The notes under the pieces were generated by a model. It had not been told where the DNA came from. It searched no databases and saw only the letters and a program-made list of their open reading frames with translations. A stretch of DNA of 63,693 bases, the filler included, from Octopus bimaculoides (Eukaryota): the NCBI RefSeq assembly GCF_001194135.2. It is 8 parts of 7 records of this genome, joined end to end, with 100 filler letters (N's around TTAATTAATTAA, not from the genome) between each part and the next. Parts side by side here need not be neighbours in the genome. Positions count along the whole stretch, not along the records: positions 11,852 to 38,176 come from NC_068993.1; 7 more parts are not named here. The stretch is one strand, 5' to 3'. The translations under genes and the position numbers were made by a program. Positions 13,185 to 25,593 of this stretch are shown one piece after another (within the stretch, counting starts at the first letter, position 1; each line of letters begins with the position of its first letter).

Positions 13185-16100
13185 NNNNNNNNNNNNNNNN
13201 NNNNNNNNNNNNNNNNNNNNNNNNNNNNNNNNNNNNNNNNNNNNNNNNNNNNNNNNNNNNNNNNNNNNNNNNNNNNNNNNNNNNNNNNNNNNNNNNNNNN
13301 NNNNNNNNNNNNNNNNNNNNNNNNNNNNNNNNNNNNNNNNNNNNNNNNNNNNNNNNNNNNNNNNNNNNNNNNNNNNNNNNNNNNNNNNNNNNNNNNNNNN
13401 NNNNNNNNNNNNNNNNNNNNNNNNNNNNNNNNNNNNNNNNNNNNNNNNNNNNNNNNNNNNNNNNNNNNNNNNNNNNNNNNNNNNNNNNNNNNNNNNNNNN
13501 NNNNNNNNNNNNNNNNNNNNNNNNNNNNNNNNNNNNNNNNNNNNNNNNNNNNNNNNNNNNNNNNNNNNNNNNNNNNNNNNNNNNNNNNNNNNNNNNNNNN
13601 NNNNNNNNNNNNNNNNNNNNNNNNNNNNNNNNNNNNNNNNNNNNNNNNNNNNNNNNNNNNNNNNNNNNNNNNNNNNNNNNNNNNNNNNNNNNNNNNNNNN
13701 NNNNNNNNNNNNNNNNNNNNNNNNNNNNNNNNNNNNNNNNNNNNNNNNNNNNNNNNNNNNNNNNNNNNNNNNNNNNNNNTGGTGGTGGTGGTGGTGGTGG
13801 TGGTGAGGTGGAGGAGGAGAGGGGAGGAAATGATGATGATGATGAGGAGGAGGAGGAGGAGGAGGAGGAGGAAGATAGCTGTGTTGGTGATGATGATGGC
13901 GAATATTAACATTTATCTCTAGGTTAGTCCTGTTTGCGAAACCTATGATCAAAGTCATTCCGACCACGACCAACATTCCATCTTTTTGTCCACGTTATTG
14001 CACGAAGTGATCTTTATTCAAAGGTCGTGGGCCACTATTTGAGAGAGATTTGCCAGCTATTTCTAGCTGCCTATATGTAGGTGGTTGCTTTGGTGATATG
14101 ATAGTTCTTACAGACCTGAACAACATGTCTTTGTGTGTTTGTGTCTGTATATGTACATTTGTTTGTGTATGTATGAGTGTGCATGTGTCTAACTGTGTAT
14201 GCGTGTGTGTAAGGATATGTATATCGCACGTGTAGCCTGGCAGCACCATTAGAAGAGAATTATCACCCAACAGAAGAAAATGTATTTCGATGTGTGTGGT
14301 CAAGTTTGTAACGTCTCGGTGTAATAATTCTGTGAACACACGTATACACCCATCAGTGAAGCAGAAAATCTTTATCAGGACTCAAGGTCTGTATGTCGAG
14401 CTTATCAACATGGCTGATACTGTGTTTATCAGTCGTACTTCACACCAGTGTTACATCTGAGTGTGGATATTCCCTGTCAAAGCATCACCGTTGGCCTTCT
14501 AACAAGAATTATTTCCCTTGTTTTTGTTGTTTTATTTTTATTTTTTGATTTTATATAATATTTCTAATTATTTATTTTTTAATTGTTTGTTTAGTATTAT
14601 CGGTGGGGTTATTATTTAGTATTATTTTTTTTTCTCGCCCTTTTCAAGCCAAGCCAGGCTCATGGTCCCGGTTTCCCGGTTTTTGTAGCGTATGTGTGCC
14701 ACTATTTCAAACCGTTATTTTTAGCCACATCAGGCAAAAATTGGCTGAGTTGCTAGACAACCGGACAGAACTGCTGCCTTACAGCATTGACTCTCTGCAC
14801 ATCAGTTCAAACGCCGCTGAAATCAACTTTGCCTTTCTTCTTTCGTAATCGATAAAAAACAAAACGTGGTAGATTGACGGAGCAGTAACAACGTTGTACA
14901 GAAGATCTTGTGGTATTTCTTCTGGCATTTTGGATTTCGAGTTCAAATCCTGCCGTGCTCGATTAGGGACTGAATATGTCATCCGGTTTAACACCAGCAC
15001 CTGGCCGTTGGGCACATTTAGCGAAGTTTACTCTGTTACAAACATTCGGATCTTGTGTCCGGTTTAAGGACACCTCTCTCCCTCCCACGAGTTCTGAATA
15101 CTCCGTAAATGCTCATAGTCACTACATTGTCTCTTGACTAAGACATAGAAAAGAAAATCCTATAACGTGAACCTTGGAAGTCTATGATCTGGTTGATGAG
15201 TCCCAGTATTGTTTACAAACATGGGTTTAAGTCTATCCAGTTTTTATGTCAATGAGAATATTATTACACTTTAAAGACACCATAAGTTAGTGAGGGGTTG
15301 GTCTTTTAAGTGATTGTTGAAACATTGATTCACATCAAGAGGCCCTCCCAAGAAGCAACGCAATTAACACATCAAGCAGGTTATGTCTTAGTCTTTGTTG
15401 ATTCCCCCCTTTGTGAAGATTGTATATATGATGTATATATATAAAACAAAAAATGATTACAACTAGTTCTTATAAACCATGAAAAGTTACCAAACCCACC
15501 CGCCCACCTAACACCACTGCCACCACCGTCAGTGGGAGACGAATATTGTGTCCCAGCATGCTGGCAACTACCTTAAAACTTCTTGTCTGCCCAAGTTCCA
15601 CTTGTTTTGTCCTCCACACCCTTCTCCTCTTCTCTCTCTTCTTCTTCCACTCAATAACATTCGCATAACTTAGTGAAAGCCGCCGCCCACTGGGAGCTAC
15701 TAAACTAAACGCTATCTACAAGAATAACATTCCGCTCTTGGCATTTGTTAAGCAACTCTATCCTAGTTGGGCAAAGACATTGAGAACAGAGAGATATTCT
15801 TTGATAAATATCCATTGTATATGTTACTTTATTCGCTAATTTTTTTTTTATTTTCTTTTTCCATTTCTGTTTTCTGCTTTTCCTATTCTGTTTTTTTTTT
15901 TTTTTCACAATAGTTATTTCAAAATAAACTATAGGCAAAGAACGAAAAATAAAAATTAGCTCTTAGACAGGTTTCTCTGATATTGTTTAAGAAGCTAAGT
16001 CACTTTAAGACAGAAAATGCCTACTATGACGGACGTTTACTGTATTTTATAAAAGAATATGTAAATAAATGAATAGAAATAGCCTGTGGCTTATTATCAA

Positions 16101-16655
16101 CAAATTCCTTTTCGAAGGTTTAAAATAGAAAGATCGCTGCCTATATCCGATTACTAAACATGCGACTAGGGATATCTTAGATAAATAAAGATTAGTTTTA
16201 AAAACATAAAATGTGTATGTCAACATAAGTGAAAGCTGATTCATTTCGGCTGAGACATTGAGGTATGTTTAAATTCCCGTCTACAATAGAAGAAAGTTTT
16301 CAAATTCAAGGAAAGCTGACTGTTTCGACAATAGTTTCAAAAAGTCATTGAGAAGAATGTTCTTGAAAGAATTCCAAAATGTCTACATTTAATGTTGCGA
16401 AGAACAATTAGTTTACGTTGAAGTGTCAATAACTTAGTGTCAAGTTATTCTATGACTTCTGTTCTTTGTCAATTTTACGACGAGGGAAAAAAATGTGTTG
16501 TTGTGTGTACGTATTACATGACGTCTTTTGATTTTCAATGCGTGATTCGAGAGAAGATAAACTGTCGTTGACTGCGTAATTTGATAAAAGAATACAAGAT
16601 ATGAAGCAGTACTCCGGTACAAAATATGACGTAACTGCTACTATATATGTATTAT

Positions 16656-17001
16656 ATCTTTTATTTGTTTCAGCCGTTAGATAGCGGCCGTCCTTGGGCG
16701 CCACCTTCAAGAAATTTTTAGTCGAATGTTTCTCCCCCAGTACTCATTTCTTATTAAGCCTGGTACCCATATTATCGGCCACTTTGTCGAACCGCTGACT
16801 TACGGGAACGTAAACACATCAGTTGTCAAGAGGTAGTTGGGGTCAAAGACAGACACAAAGACACATACACATAGATAAATGCATACATATATACGATGGG
16901 CTTCTCTCAGTTTCTGTCTACCAAATCCACTCACAAAACTTTGGTCGGCTCGAGGCTATAGTTGAAGACACTTGCCCAAGGTGCCACACAATGAGACTGA
17001 A
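16656..17001 (-). mobile_element. SINE type B, 5'-truncated
   Basis: Shared blocks with 8581-8932. Confidence 0.8.
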
Positions 17002-17598
17002 TTAACTGTAGGGTGAAAGAAAATTGAAAATGAAAAATAGATAATAAAGGTAAAAATAGAAAATGCAAATGAAAACACAAGGAAATACAATAATACAATG
17101 ACAATATACGAGTCGATTCAGAGTAGGGTCGGGTTATAGGAATCTCTGTCTAATGGTAAAAGAAACACAGAAAATCTAGGGGTACACTGCGTATAATGGC
17201 TGGGAAGATGGTGGGGGTGGGACAAGTACGGCCATCAAGCTTTATGGAATTAAATTTGTAGTAAGGTAGAATGCAACGTAAGGAATTTGAAATTTAGAAT
17301 AAATAAATTTTAAATTTAAATTTTAAATTTAAAGCTGGGCTTGTGTTATATAATGAACTACACCCAGTATGGAGTTAGAGGGAAAATATTAGATTAGATG
17401 CCAGGGAAAGCCAGCCATTGGAAGTAGTCTAAAGATTAACAATGGAATGTTAGAGGGATGGTTATGATATCAAAATTTGGATTGTATAATAGATTTAGAG
17501 TGAATCAGGTGATGCAAGTCATGACAATAGTCGCGGGTAAGACGTTCTATCTACCATATAATAAGCGCTGCACAGGACTGTATGTTGGTTTAAGGAGT

Positions 17599-17983
17599 TT
17601 TTTGTTGGCACTCCGTCGCTTATGACGTCGAGGGTTCCAGTTGATCCGATCAACGGAACAGCCTGCTCGTGAAATTAACGTGCAAGTGGCTGAGCACTCC
17701 ACAGACACGTGTACCATTAACGTAGTTCTCGGGGATATTCAGCGTGACACAGTGTGACAAGACTGACCCTTTGAATTACAGGCACAACAGAAACAGGAAG
17801 TAAGAGTGAGAGAAAGTTGTGGTGAAAGAGTACAGCAGGGTTCGCCACCATCCCCTGCCGGAGCCTCGTGGAGCTTTTAGGTGTTTTCGCGCAATAAACA
17901 CTCGCAACGCCCGGTCTGGGAATCGAAACCGCGATTCTATGACCGCGAGGCCGCTGCCCTAACCACTGGGCCATTGCGCCTCC
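17599..17983 (-). mobile_element. tRNA-derived SINE type C, full length, perfect 12-bp TSD
   Basis: Head GGAGGCGCAATGGCCCAGTGGTTAGG, B-box GGTTTCGATTCC, A-rich tail; GGTTTAAGGAGT at 17587-17598 and 17984-17995. Confidence 0.93.
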
Positions 17984-18932
17984 GGTTTAAGGAGTACATA
18001 AGTGGTATAAATGAAAAGGAAGAATCTTTTGTGTGTTGGCTGCTACTAGAGGTTAACTATCAGTGAGATCGCTATTACATAAAACCGGGTACAAGACAAA
18101 TAGGAAGGTATGTTTCTTCGATAAGTATAGTGAGAGCGGTTGGAAAATATAGATAAAAGGTAGGGGACATGAAACTAGGAGTACTCGTAACGAAAGGATA
18201 GATCAAAACGCGAAAGGGTTTGTGTACGAGAAAGGGTAAAATAAGATGGGACCTAGGTTTGGGGCTATTATCAAGGTTTAATGTCCTTAAAGTATTTGAA
18301 CGCAAAGTATTTTTTTCCCTTAGTTTTTTTATGACCTCTCCTAATCACTACCATTCTTACCCTACAATAAATTATCTTAAAAAACCCCACTCAAATCTAC
18401 CCTTCTTCAGGTCTAACAGACTCCTTCCCGGCACACTGACCTTAGATATATTATCCTCTATCAAGAACTACATTTTTAACGGCTAACATTGTTGGTCATT
18501 TCCCTTTTCATAGCTCGGCCTCAACAGAACATTTTGTTGCATTCCTGGGATACTTCTTTGTTCTGTAAAATCTGATGGTTACGGTCTTTCATAATAATGT
18601 AATGTTTTCATTCTTCATTAAAAGTTACGTAAGAAACAACTGTGATGAGCTGCCCATTGTGCATTTGTATCCATTTGATTATAATATACCAGGGGAATTT
18701 ACGACTTGCTGGACACCCTAGAGTATACCAACAACAAACTACTCAAAGTAACGCGTAACCTGGACAAGCCCTTTAGGCGCTAAATGCTCAAAGGGTTGCT
18801 TTTATCTGTGTACAAAACCGAAATATCCTACCTGATATCTCAACTCCAACCAATCATTGGCCAGAACTGCAGACGTAACTCAAACCTACCTGGTGCATAT
18901 ATTCTATCGGAATCCTCATTTTAATATATATA

Positions 18933-19155
18933 TAAATAAATAAATGCGCCCTTTTAAAGCCTAGCCAGGCTCATGGCCCGGTTTCCCGGTTTCAATGGCG
19001 CATGTGTTCCCCAGCTGGACGAGACGCCAGTCCATCGCAGCGTTACTCATTTTTGCCAGCTGAGTGGACTGGAGCAACGTAAAAGGAAGTGTTTTGCTCA
19101 AGAACACAATGTGTCGCCCGGTCCAGGAATCGAAACCACAATCTTACGATCATGG
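18933..19155 (-). mobile_element. SINE type D (head GATTGTGGTTTCGATTCCTGGACC), cut by a gap
   Basis: B-box plus central TGTGTTCTTGAGCAAAACACTTC block; (ATTT)n tail. Confidence 0.8.
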
Positions 19156-19636
19156 NNNNNNNNNNNNNNNNNNNNNNNNNNNNNNNNNNNNNNNNNNNNN
19201 NNNNNNNNNNNNNNNNNNNNNNNNNNNNNNNNNNNNNNNNNNNNNNNNNNNNNNNNNNNNNNNNNNNNNNNNNNNNNNNNNNNNNNNNNNNNNNNNNNNN
19301 NNNNNNNNNNNNNNNNNNNNNNNNNNNNNNNNNNNNNNNNNNNNNNNNNNNNNNNNNNNNNNNNNNNNNNNNNNNNNNNNNNNNNNNNNNNNNNNNNNNN
19401 NNNNNNNNNNNNNNNNNNNNNNNNNNNNNNNNNNNNNNNNNNNNNNNNNNNNNNNNNNNNNNNATATACAATGGCCTTTTTTCAGTCTACCAAATCCACC
19501 CACAAGGATTTTGTTGGTCCTGGGCTAAAGTAGAAGACACTAGCCCAAGACCGAACGTAAAATTGTGAGACTGCATGCGAAACTGTGATTGGGAAGCAAT
19601 ACATACCCCACTATTTATATGTAATGAGATGAAGGT

Positions 19637-19641
19637 ATATG

Positions 19642-19684
<43 letters not shown>

Positions 19685-19685
19685 C

Positions 19686-19748
<63 letters not shown>

Positions 19749-19770
19749 CAGATAGATAGATAGATGGATA
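19637..19770. repeat. (TAGA)n microsatellite
   Basis: Direct inspection. Confidence 0.97.
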
Positions 19771-20767
19771 AGCGTCTGTGTATGTGTAAGTCTATATGTG
19801 TATACGCATGAATTGTGAGGAACCGTCGAAAAATGCTTTTCTGTTCTTCGTATGTAGGCTTGAATTGTTGTGATCATTCTTGTGTTTGTGTAGACGCATG
19901 CGCGCGTATACACGTGTGTGTTTATGTGTGTGTGTATGTGTTTATGTATATACGTGCATGTGTGTGTATGCGTGTGCATGTCTATTTATGCGATAACTAC
20001 AAAACAACATATGATCAAATAAATAATAGAACGAGAAATGCTAAATTTAAAACAGAAAGCCGTTCAAAGAGGAGGAGGANNNNNNNNNNNNNNNNNNNNN
20101 NNNGGAGGAGGAGGAGGAGGAGGAGGAGGTGAAGAAGAAGGAGAAGAAGGAGAAGAAGAAGAAGAAGAAGAAGAAGAAGAAGGAGAAGAAGAAGAAGAAG
20201 AAGAAGAAGAAGAAGAAGAAGAAGAAGAAGAAGAAGAAGGAAGCACGTCATGTGCTCACTAATGAGAAGAATTAGAACAAGGTAAAAGATCTACAATGAG
20301 TTAGAATCGTCCTTTGTATGTCTGTTTGCCTCTGGCGAACACCGCGAGATTCCTTAAACATTTTCTTTCATTTTGCGTATATTTGTATATACATGTGTGT
20401 GTGTGTCTGTCTGTGTGTGTGCGTGTGTATGTACATGTATATATGTATGCATGTGTATGTATGTACGTCTTTGTGGACATAACTGTCCAAGAAATATGTT
20501 TTCGCGATATTTATAATAATCAAATTTTACACATCTGTAATTTTCGGTGTTGTTTTAGTCTTCAACGCTTGTGGCATAAACAGGCGGCTTGGATTAAGGC
20601 ACAGAACTGATAAAAGCGAATCTTACGTTCAGTTGTTCCGCGGCGCCGACCTTATTAACAGCAAGTATTTCTGGGCTAACAAGTGCGAAGATTTTCCCTT
20701 AACAAAATCACAAAACCATTCATCTATTTAGCACACCTTTCTTTTTTTCTTGGGATTAGTTGCTTTA

Positions 20768-20855
<88 letters not shown>

Positions 20856-21319
20856 GTTCATCATCATCATTATTATTTTACGCTAGTTTCCTTTTCAACT
20901 CCTTTAGCATCATTCTTGCCCAATTTTGATGCTTAGAGATGCCCCACTCGGAGGAAATAGACATGTGGTTCTCTGTTAGAACAAAGAGCTATCAGTAAAC
21001 GCAAGTACGATTCGATAGCTTTGGTTTAGTTTTGTACGAACTCACCGATCACAAAGAGGATCGGAAGCTTAAGTAAAGGAGCGTAATTTTAAAACAGTAC
21101 AATACGTTCCATTGAAATCCAGGGAGACTGTAATGCTAGTATAAAAAAAGGGGACATCTTAGCTTAGACTAGAAAAACGCGATATCTTACAATTATACTA
21201 TTAACTTGACAAAATAGCATGCTTTTGCTTTCCGACGTTCCTATATCTTAGGCTTTGTTTGCCGACCAGCGAAGAATAATAATCGTTGTTGTTTACTTCT
21301 AAATCAGCTCCAAATCACT

Positions 21320-21625
21320 GCTACAGTAAACCATTAGCCCATTAACTTCTTTGTATAATATACCATTTGATCACTGCTATAATAAATCACTTGTTCACTT
21401 TTACAACATGCTATTGGTTCATTGTTAAAAGGAAAAGTTATAATAAACCGTTTGTTCACTGTTACGATAACCCATTTGTTCACTGTCACAACGACTATTA
21501 CTTTACCTCACGGTAGAAATAAACATTTCGTTCATTGCTACAAAAATCAATTGTTTACTGTAACAAGGAACCTTTTGTTTATTGTTACAATAAATTATTC
21601 GAACACTGTTACGATAAACCAATAG
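21320..21625. repeat. Degenerate short-period minisatellite
   Basis: Recurrent TTGTTCACTGTTAC(A/G)ATAA variants. Confidence 0.65.
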
Positions 21626-21759
21626 TAAATACCTCTCCTTGTGAGTTTGAATTACATTTTTCAGTCGTTGTACGTGTCTCATTCTCAAATTTGCGCTGTG
21701 TTTACAAAATGGCTGTTTAATATAAAGCGTCACACTACTTAATTAATTATCCATTTAAG

Positions 21760-21771
21760 TAGTAGTAGTAA

Positions 21772-21821
<50 letters not shown>

Positions 21822-21970
21822 ATGGTAGTTGTTGTTGTTGTTGTTGTTGTTGGTGTTGGTGGTGGTGGTGGTGATGGTAGTGTTGCTGTCGTTGTTGTTG
21901 TTGTTGTTGCTGCTGCTGCTGTTGTTACTGCTGCTGCTGCTGCTGCTGCTGTTGTTGTTGTTGTTGTCTA
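21760..21970. repeat. Compound triplet microsatellite (AGT)(GTT)(GGT)(GCT)
   Basis: Direct inspection. Confidence 0.95.
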
Positions 21971-22167
21971 GCTCCAGGTCGACCTGATCATACGCATTCC
22001 ATTCACGATACTTTAACTTGCTTGCGCGTCTAATTAAAACACCGTTGTGTAATGTAGTATTATATACCGTTAAATATCGTTTGGTTGCGATTTGAAGGGA
22101 ATATAGCTACTATTCCTAGCAAGCTAATGGCTGCTTAGAGCGCCTTTGTTGCCGTTCATGTTTACTT

Positions 22168-22223
<56 letters not shown>

Positions 22224-22465
22224 TACATACACACACATACACACACTCATATATGCATGTATACGTATATATACATACAGATACACACACGACCATATAT
22301 TTATATAAATTTATATATATAAATATGTTTATATATTTGAAAAAATGAACAGAAATGACTTTTCTGATAATTTTTCCACTTTAATAATTAGATGTACATA
22401 AGTTATTAGACATATGTGTGTATGTATATATATATATATATATATACAAAATCAAAATAGCCTGT

Positions 22466-23180
22466 TGTAAAATCTCATGAAAAGATCAGAGGAGGAACTA
22501 TACTAAACACTAAAGTCAGTCGCCACATCAAAGTGGTTGTTGAATGTTACTGCTACAAAAGGTGGCGAGCTGGCAGAAACGTTAGCACGCTGGGCGAAAT
22601 GCTTAGCGGTATTTTGTCTGCTGCTACGTTCTGAGTTCAAATTCCGCCGAGGTCGACTTAGCCTTTCATCCTTTCGGGGTCGATAAATAAAGCACCAGTT
22701 ACGCACTGGGGTCGATGTAATCGACTTAATCCGTTTGTCTGTTCTTGTTTGTTCCCTCTCTGTTTAGCCCCTTGTGGGCAATAAAGAATATGAATGTTAC
22801 TTCTAGTTTAACCCCAGGCAGATTCTCCACCGGCTGGTTTGCTAGCAGGGGGAGCAAACCCCTACTATCTTCTAGTAGGGATCAGGATCGCGAGACTGAC
22901 TCCCTTTCTAGCAATTTGGTTCGTTTTCAGTCACGAACACCTGTATACCAGAACGATAGCCAGAGTCTGCTAACGCTAACAATATATTCTAAACAAAATG
23001 GCTATCGATCACTGATTTGCAACAAGCATAAAACTAGCTGTAAAATCTCACGAAGAAACCAGAGTAGTAATTATGCTAAACAGTGAAGCCAGTTGCCACA
23101 TTAAAGTGGCTGTTGAATGTTATTACTAGTTTTTAACCCCAGGCAGATTCTCAACCAGCTGGTTATCGGTGCGACTCTGC
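22466..23180. repeat. Tandem direct repeat; first unit carries a SINE insertion
   Basis: TGTAAAATCTCA.GAA...GCCACAT.AAAGTGG.TGTTGAATGTTA...AACCCCAGGCAGATTCTC occurs twice. Confidence 0.85.
22561..22790 (+). mobile_element. SINE type A with TSD
   Basis: Same head, B-box and tail; flanked by TGAATGTTACT(G/T)CTA. Confidence 0.9.
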
Positions 23181-23276
23181 ACCCTTTACATACATACATA
23201 CATACATACATAGATGTATATATATATGTACATATATATATATATATATATATATGTACATATATATATGTATATA

Positions 23277-23308
<32 letters not shown>

Positions 23309-24611
23309 ATCTGTTCAATTTGGCTCACAGATTTTTTAATTCAATTTTTTTTTATCTAAACAGTTTGAAACTTCGTATACTGGTGCAATTTCCCACGCAG
23401 AAAACGGTTTACTTTGACCATTTTTGACAAAATTTCATATTTTGGAAGTTATTTCGTGTTAAAGTTGTGGTATTTGAGTAATTTTAACCAATCAACGACG
23501 TGTATTCAGTTGAAGAAAGCTGTTTGCGATAGTATTCGAAGTGGAGCAACTTCCGCATCATATCTACTAAATGTCACCACTTTGTTCTTTTGTTTTGTTT
23601 GTTTACTGCCTGTATTGCATATTACATGCTTTTTTTTTTGTTTTTGGTTCTCGCTTCGGAGTAACCAGTAAACATCGAAGAATCAACACCAAGAAGGAAG
23701 AAATATTATTTACATATATTTATTCGTTAGCCCAACATCGGTGTTTTATCCACACATAAAGCGCACCGGTGTTTAAAAGGCCTATACAGCTACGGGTCTG
23801 CAGTTAGCTTTTTTGTTGTTGACGTGTATGTAGTTTCAAAATGCCTTATTTTACAACTACGAGGAGTATTATTATTATGATTTTTTCTTACTATGATCAA
23901 CAACGAACAGATTTCGTCAATATAAAAATCTTTATTAGATTAAAAATAACATTATCGAAACATGAAGGTAAAACAAAACAAATATGCTTTGCTTTCTTCT
24001 AGGCACCAATGTACCGTAGCTGTAGTCTTTCACGTTGTTTACCAACCGATCTTTCCTCTGAAAAACTCAGTGGAATCAGTCGATCTCCATACATAAATTA
24101 TTTTCCTCCAGGTGCACATTTCTATAAGCAGCACTCTAAATTTTCCAGGTAAAAGATAACAGCTTATACACCGGAAAATACGGTAAATGTAGAGGCAGGG
24201 ACAAGTTCGCTCGCTGGTTGCTATTTGAGAGTGCAGAAATGGCTGTCTACCAGTATGGAGGGAAGGAGTAAGGAACGCACGGTGCTGACTAGAAAGGAAG
24301 AAAGGAGAAAGGTGGCATCGTTTGCGTTCGACATACGAATAGAACAGAGAGGTGACATTTAGTAGAGATGACCCGGAAGTTACTATCGCAAACAGCAGTA
24401 GCTTTTTTCAGCTGAATACACATCGTTGATTGGTTAAAATTACCCAAATACAACTTTAACACGAAATAACTTTTAAAATACGAAATTTTGTCAAAAATGT
24501 TTAAAGTGAACCGTGTTCTGCATGAGAAATTCTACCAGGATACGAATTTTCAAACTGTTTAGCTAAAAAAAAAAAATAATAATAAATTTGTGCGCCAAAC
24601 TGAACAGATCC
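23309..24611. mobile_element. Non-autonomous DNA transposon with about 265-bp terminal inverted repeats, in TA context
   Basis: 23309-23578 is the diverged reverse complement of 24351-24611; both ends abut (TA)n; no transposase ORF in the spacer. Confidence 0.85.
23735..24185. mobile_element. Nested Tc2/pogo-like element inside the long-TIR element
   Basis: Right end CTTATACACCGGAAAATACGGTA is a typical TACCGTATTTTCCGG-type terminus; left end is only degenerately recognisable. Confidence 0.45.
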
Positions 24612-25554
24612 TATATATATTTATACACACGCTTACATAAATAAATAAATCAATAAATAAATAAATACATACACTCACTCTCTCTCACACACACATATAT
24701 ACACACAAGATTTTTGTTGTGAATTTAAAGGAAATTTGGTTATTATTTCCATTTAGTATTGCGATCACGTAGTCTTACTTATTTCGCTATAAGTTTTCCC
24801 TGGTCAAACTGCTGTGACAAATGATTGACTGCTATCGTCGTAAAACAATTACATCACGCCATATTGCCCTCATTAACCTCTCCTCTCCCTTAATTCAACA
24901 CACGTTTTTTTTTATCTTACTAATTCTAATTATTTAATATTAATGGTCACGTTGTTTTCTTATACAAGAAGTCATAATCATCATTATTACTGAGAACGAC
25001 TTATAAGAATTATGAGTGAAGTAATCAGTGACTTTCTATGTTAACTTCAATTTTTCTGCACCGGTGATTTTTTTTTTTTTCCAGATATGATAAGTGATTT
25101 GTCTTTGTCTATGAAAGTTGAACGTAAAAGAAGTACCGAATTCGATGGCATATAAGGCGCCTTATTTTTCTGCTCAAGAAAATGTCTGCAAAATCACTGT
25201 GGTTCTTGTATATAATCTTGGGCTTATATTATATGCTTTGATGTACTAAAACCATTTTTCTAAATGTGTGCTGCAAAAATTGAAGTACATCTAATAAGCA
25301 CGTGCATGTTTTAGGCTACCAAATACGATTACTTCTGTGGAGGCTGTCTTACGAATGCTTACGTCATTATTAATTTTCTGGTAAGACATAGCAGTATGGT
25401 TGACAAAATTTGTTTTGGAACGACATGGTTCAGTGTCACGCGGAAAGACGTCATTGGGTTGACCGCTGCCTTGTGAGTGGCGAAAAATGGACGGAAGGTC
25501 ATCGTATGTGACTAAATATGTGTGTGCATGTGTGTGTTTGTATATGTGTATATG

Positions 25555-25593
<39 letters not shown>

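Noticed and set aside
17900-17983. tRNA-like heads with A and B boxes
   Set aside because: They continue into SINE bodies with TSDs; no complete cloverleaf
20038-20262. Poly-Gly/Glu ORF (similar one at about 13.8 kb)
   Set aside because: Pure (GGA)/(GAA) microsatellite with no unique coding flank or splice support
24003-24148. Apparent exon with good AG/GT sites and an open frame
   Set aside because: Lies inside nested DNA-transposon sequence; peptide unrecognisable
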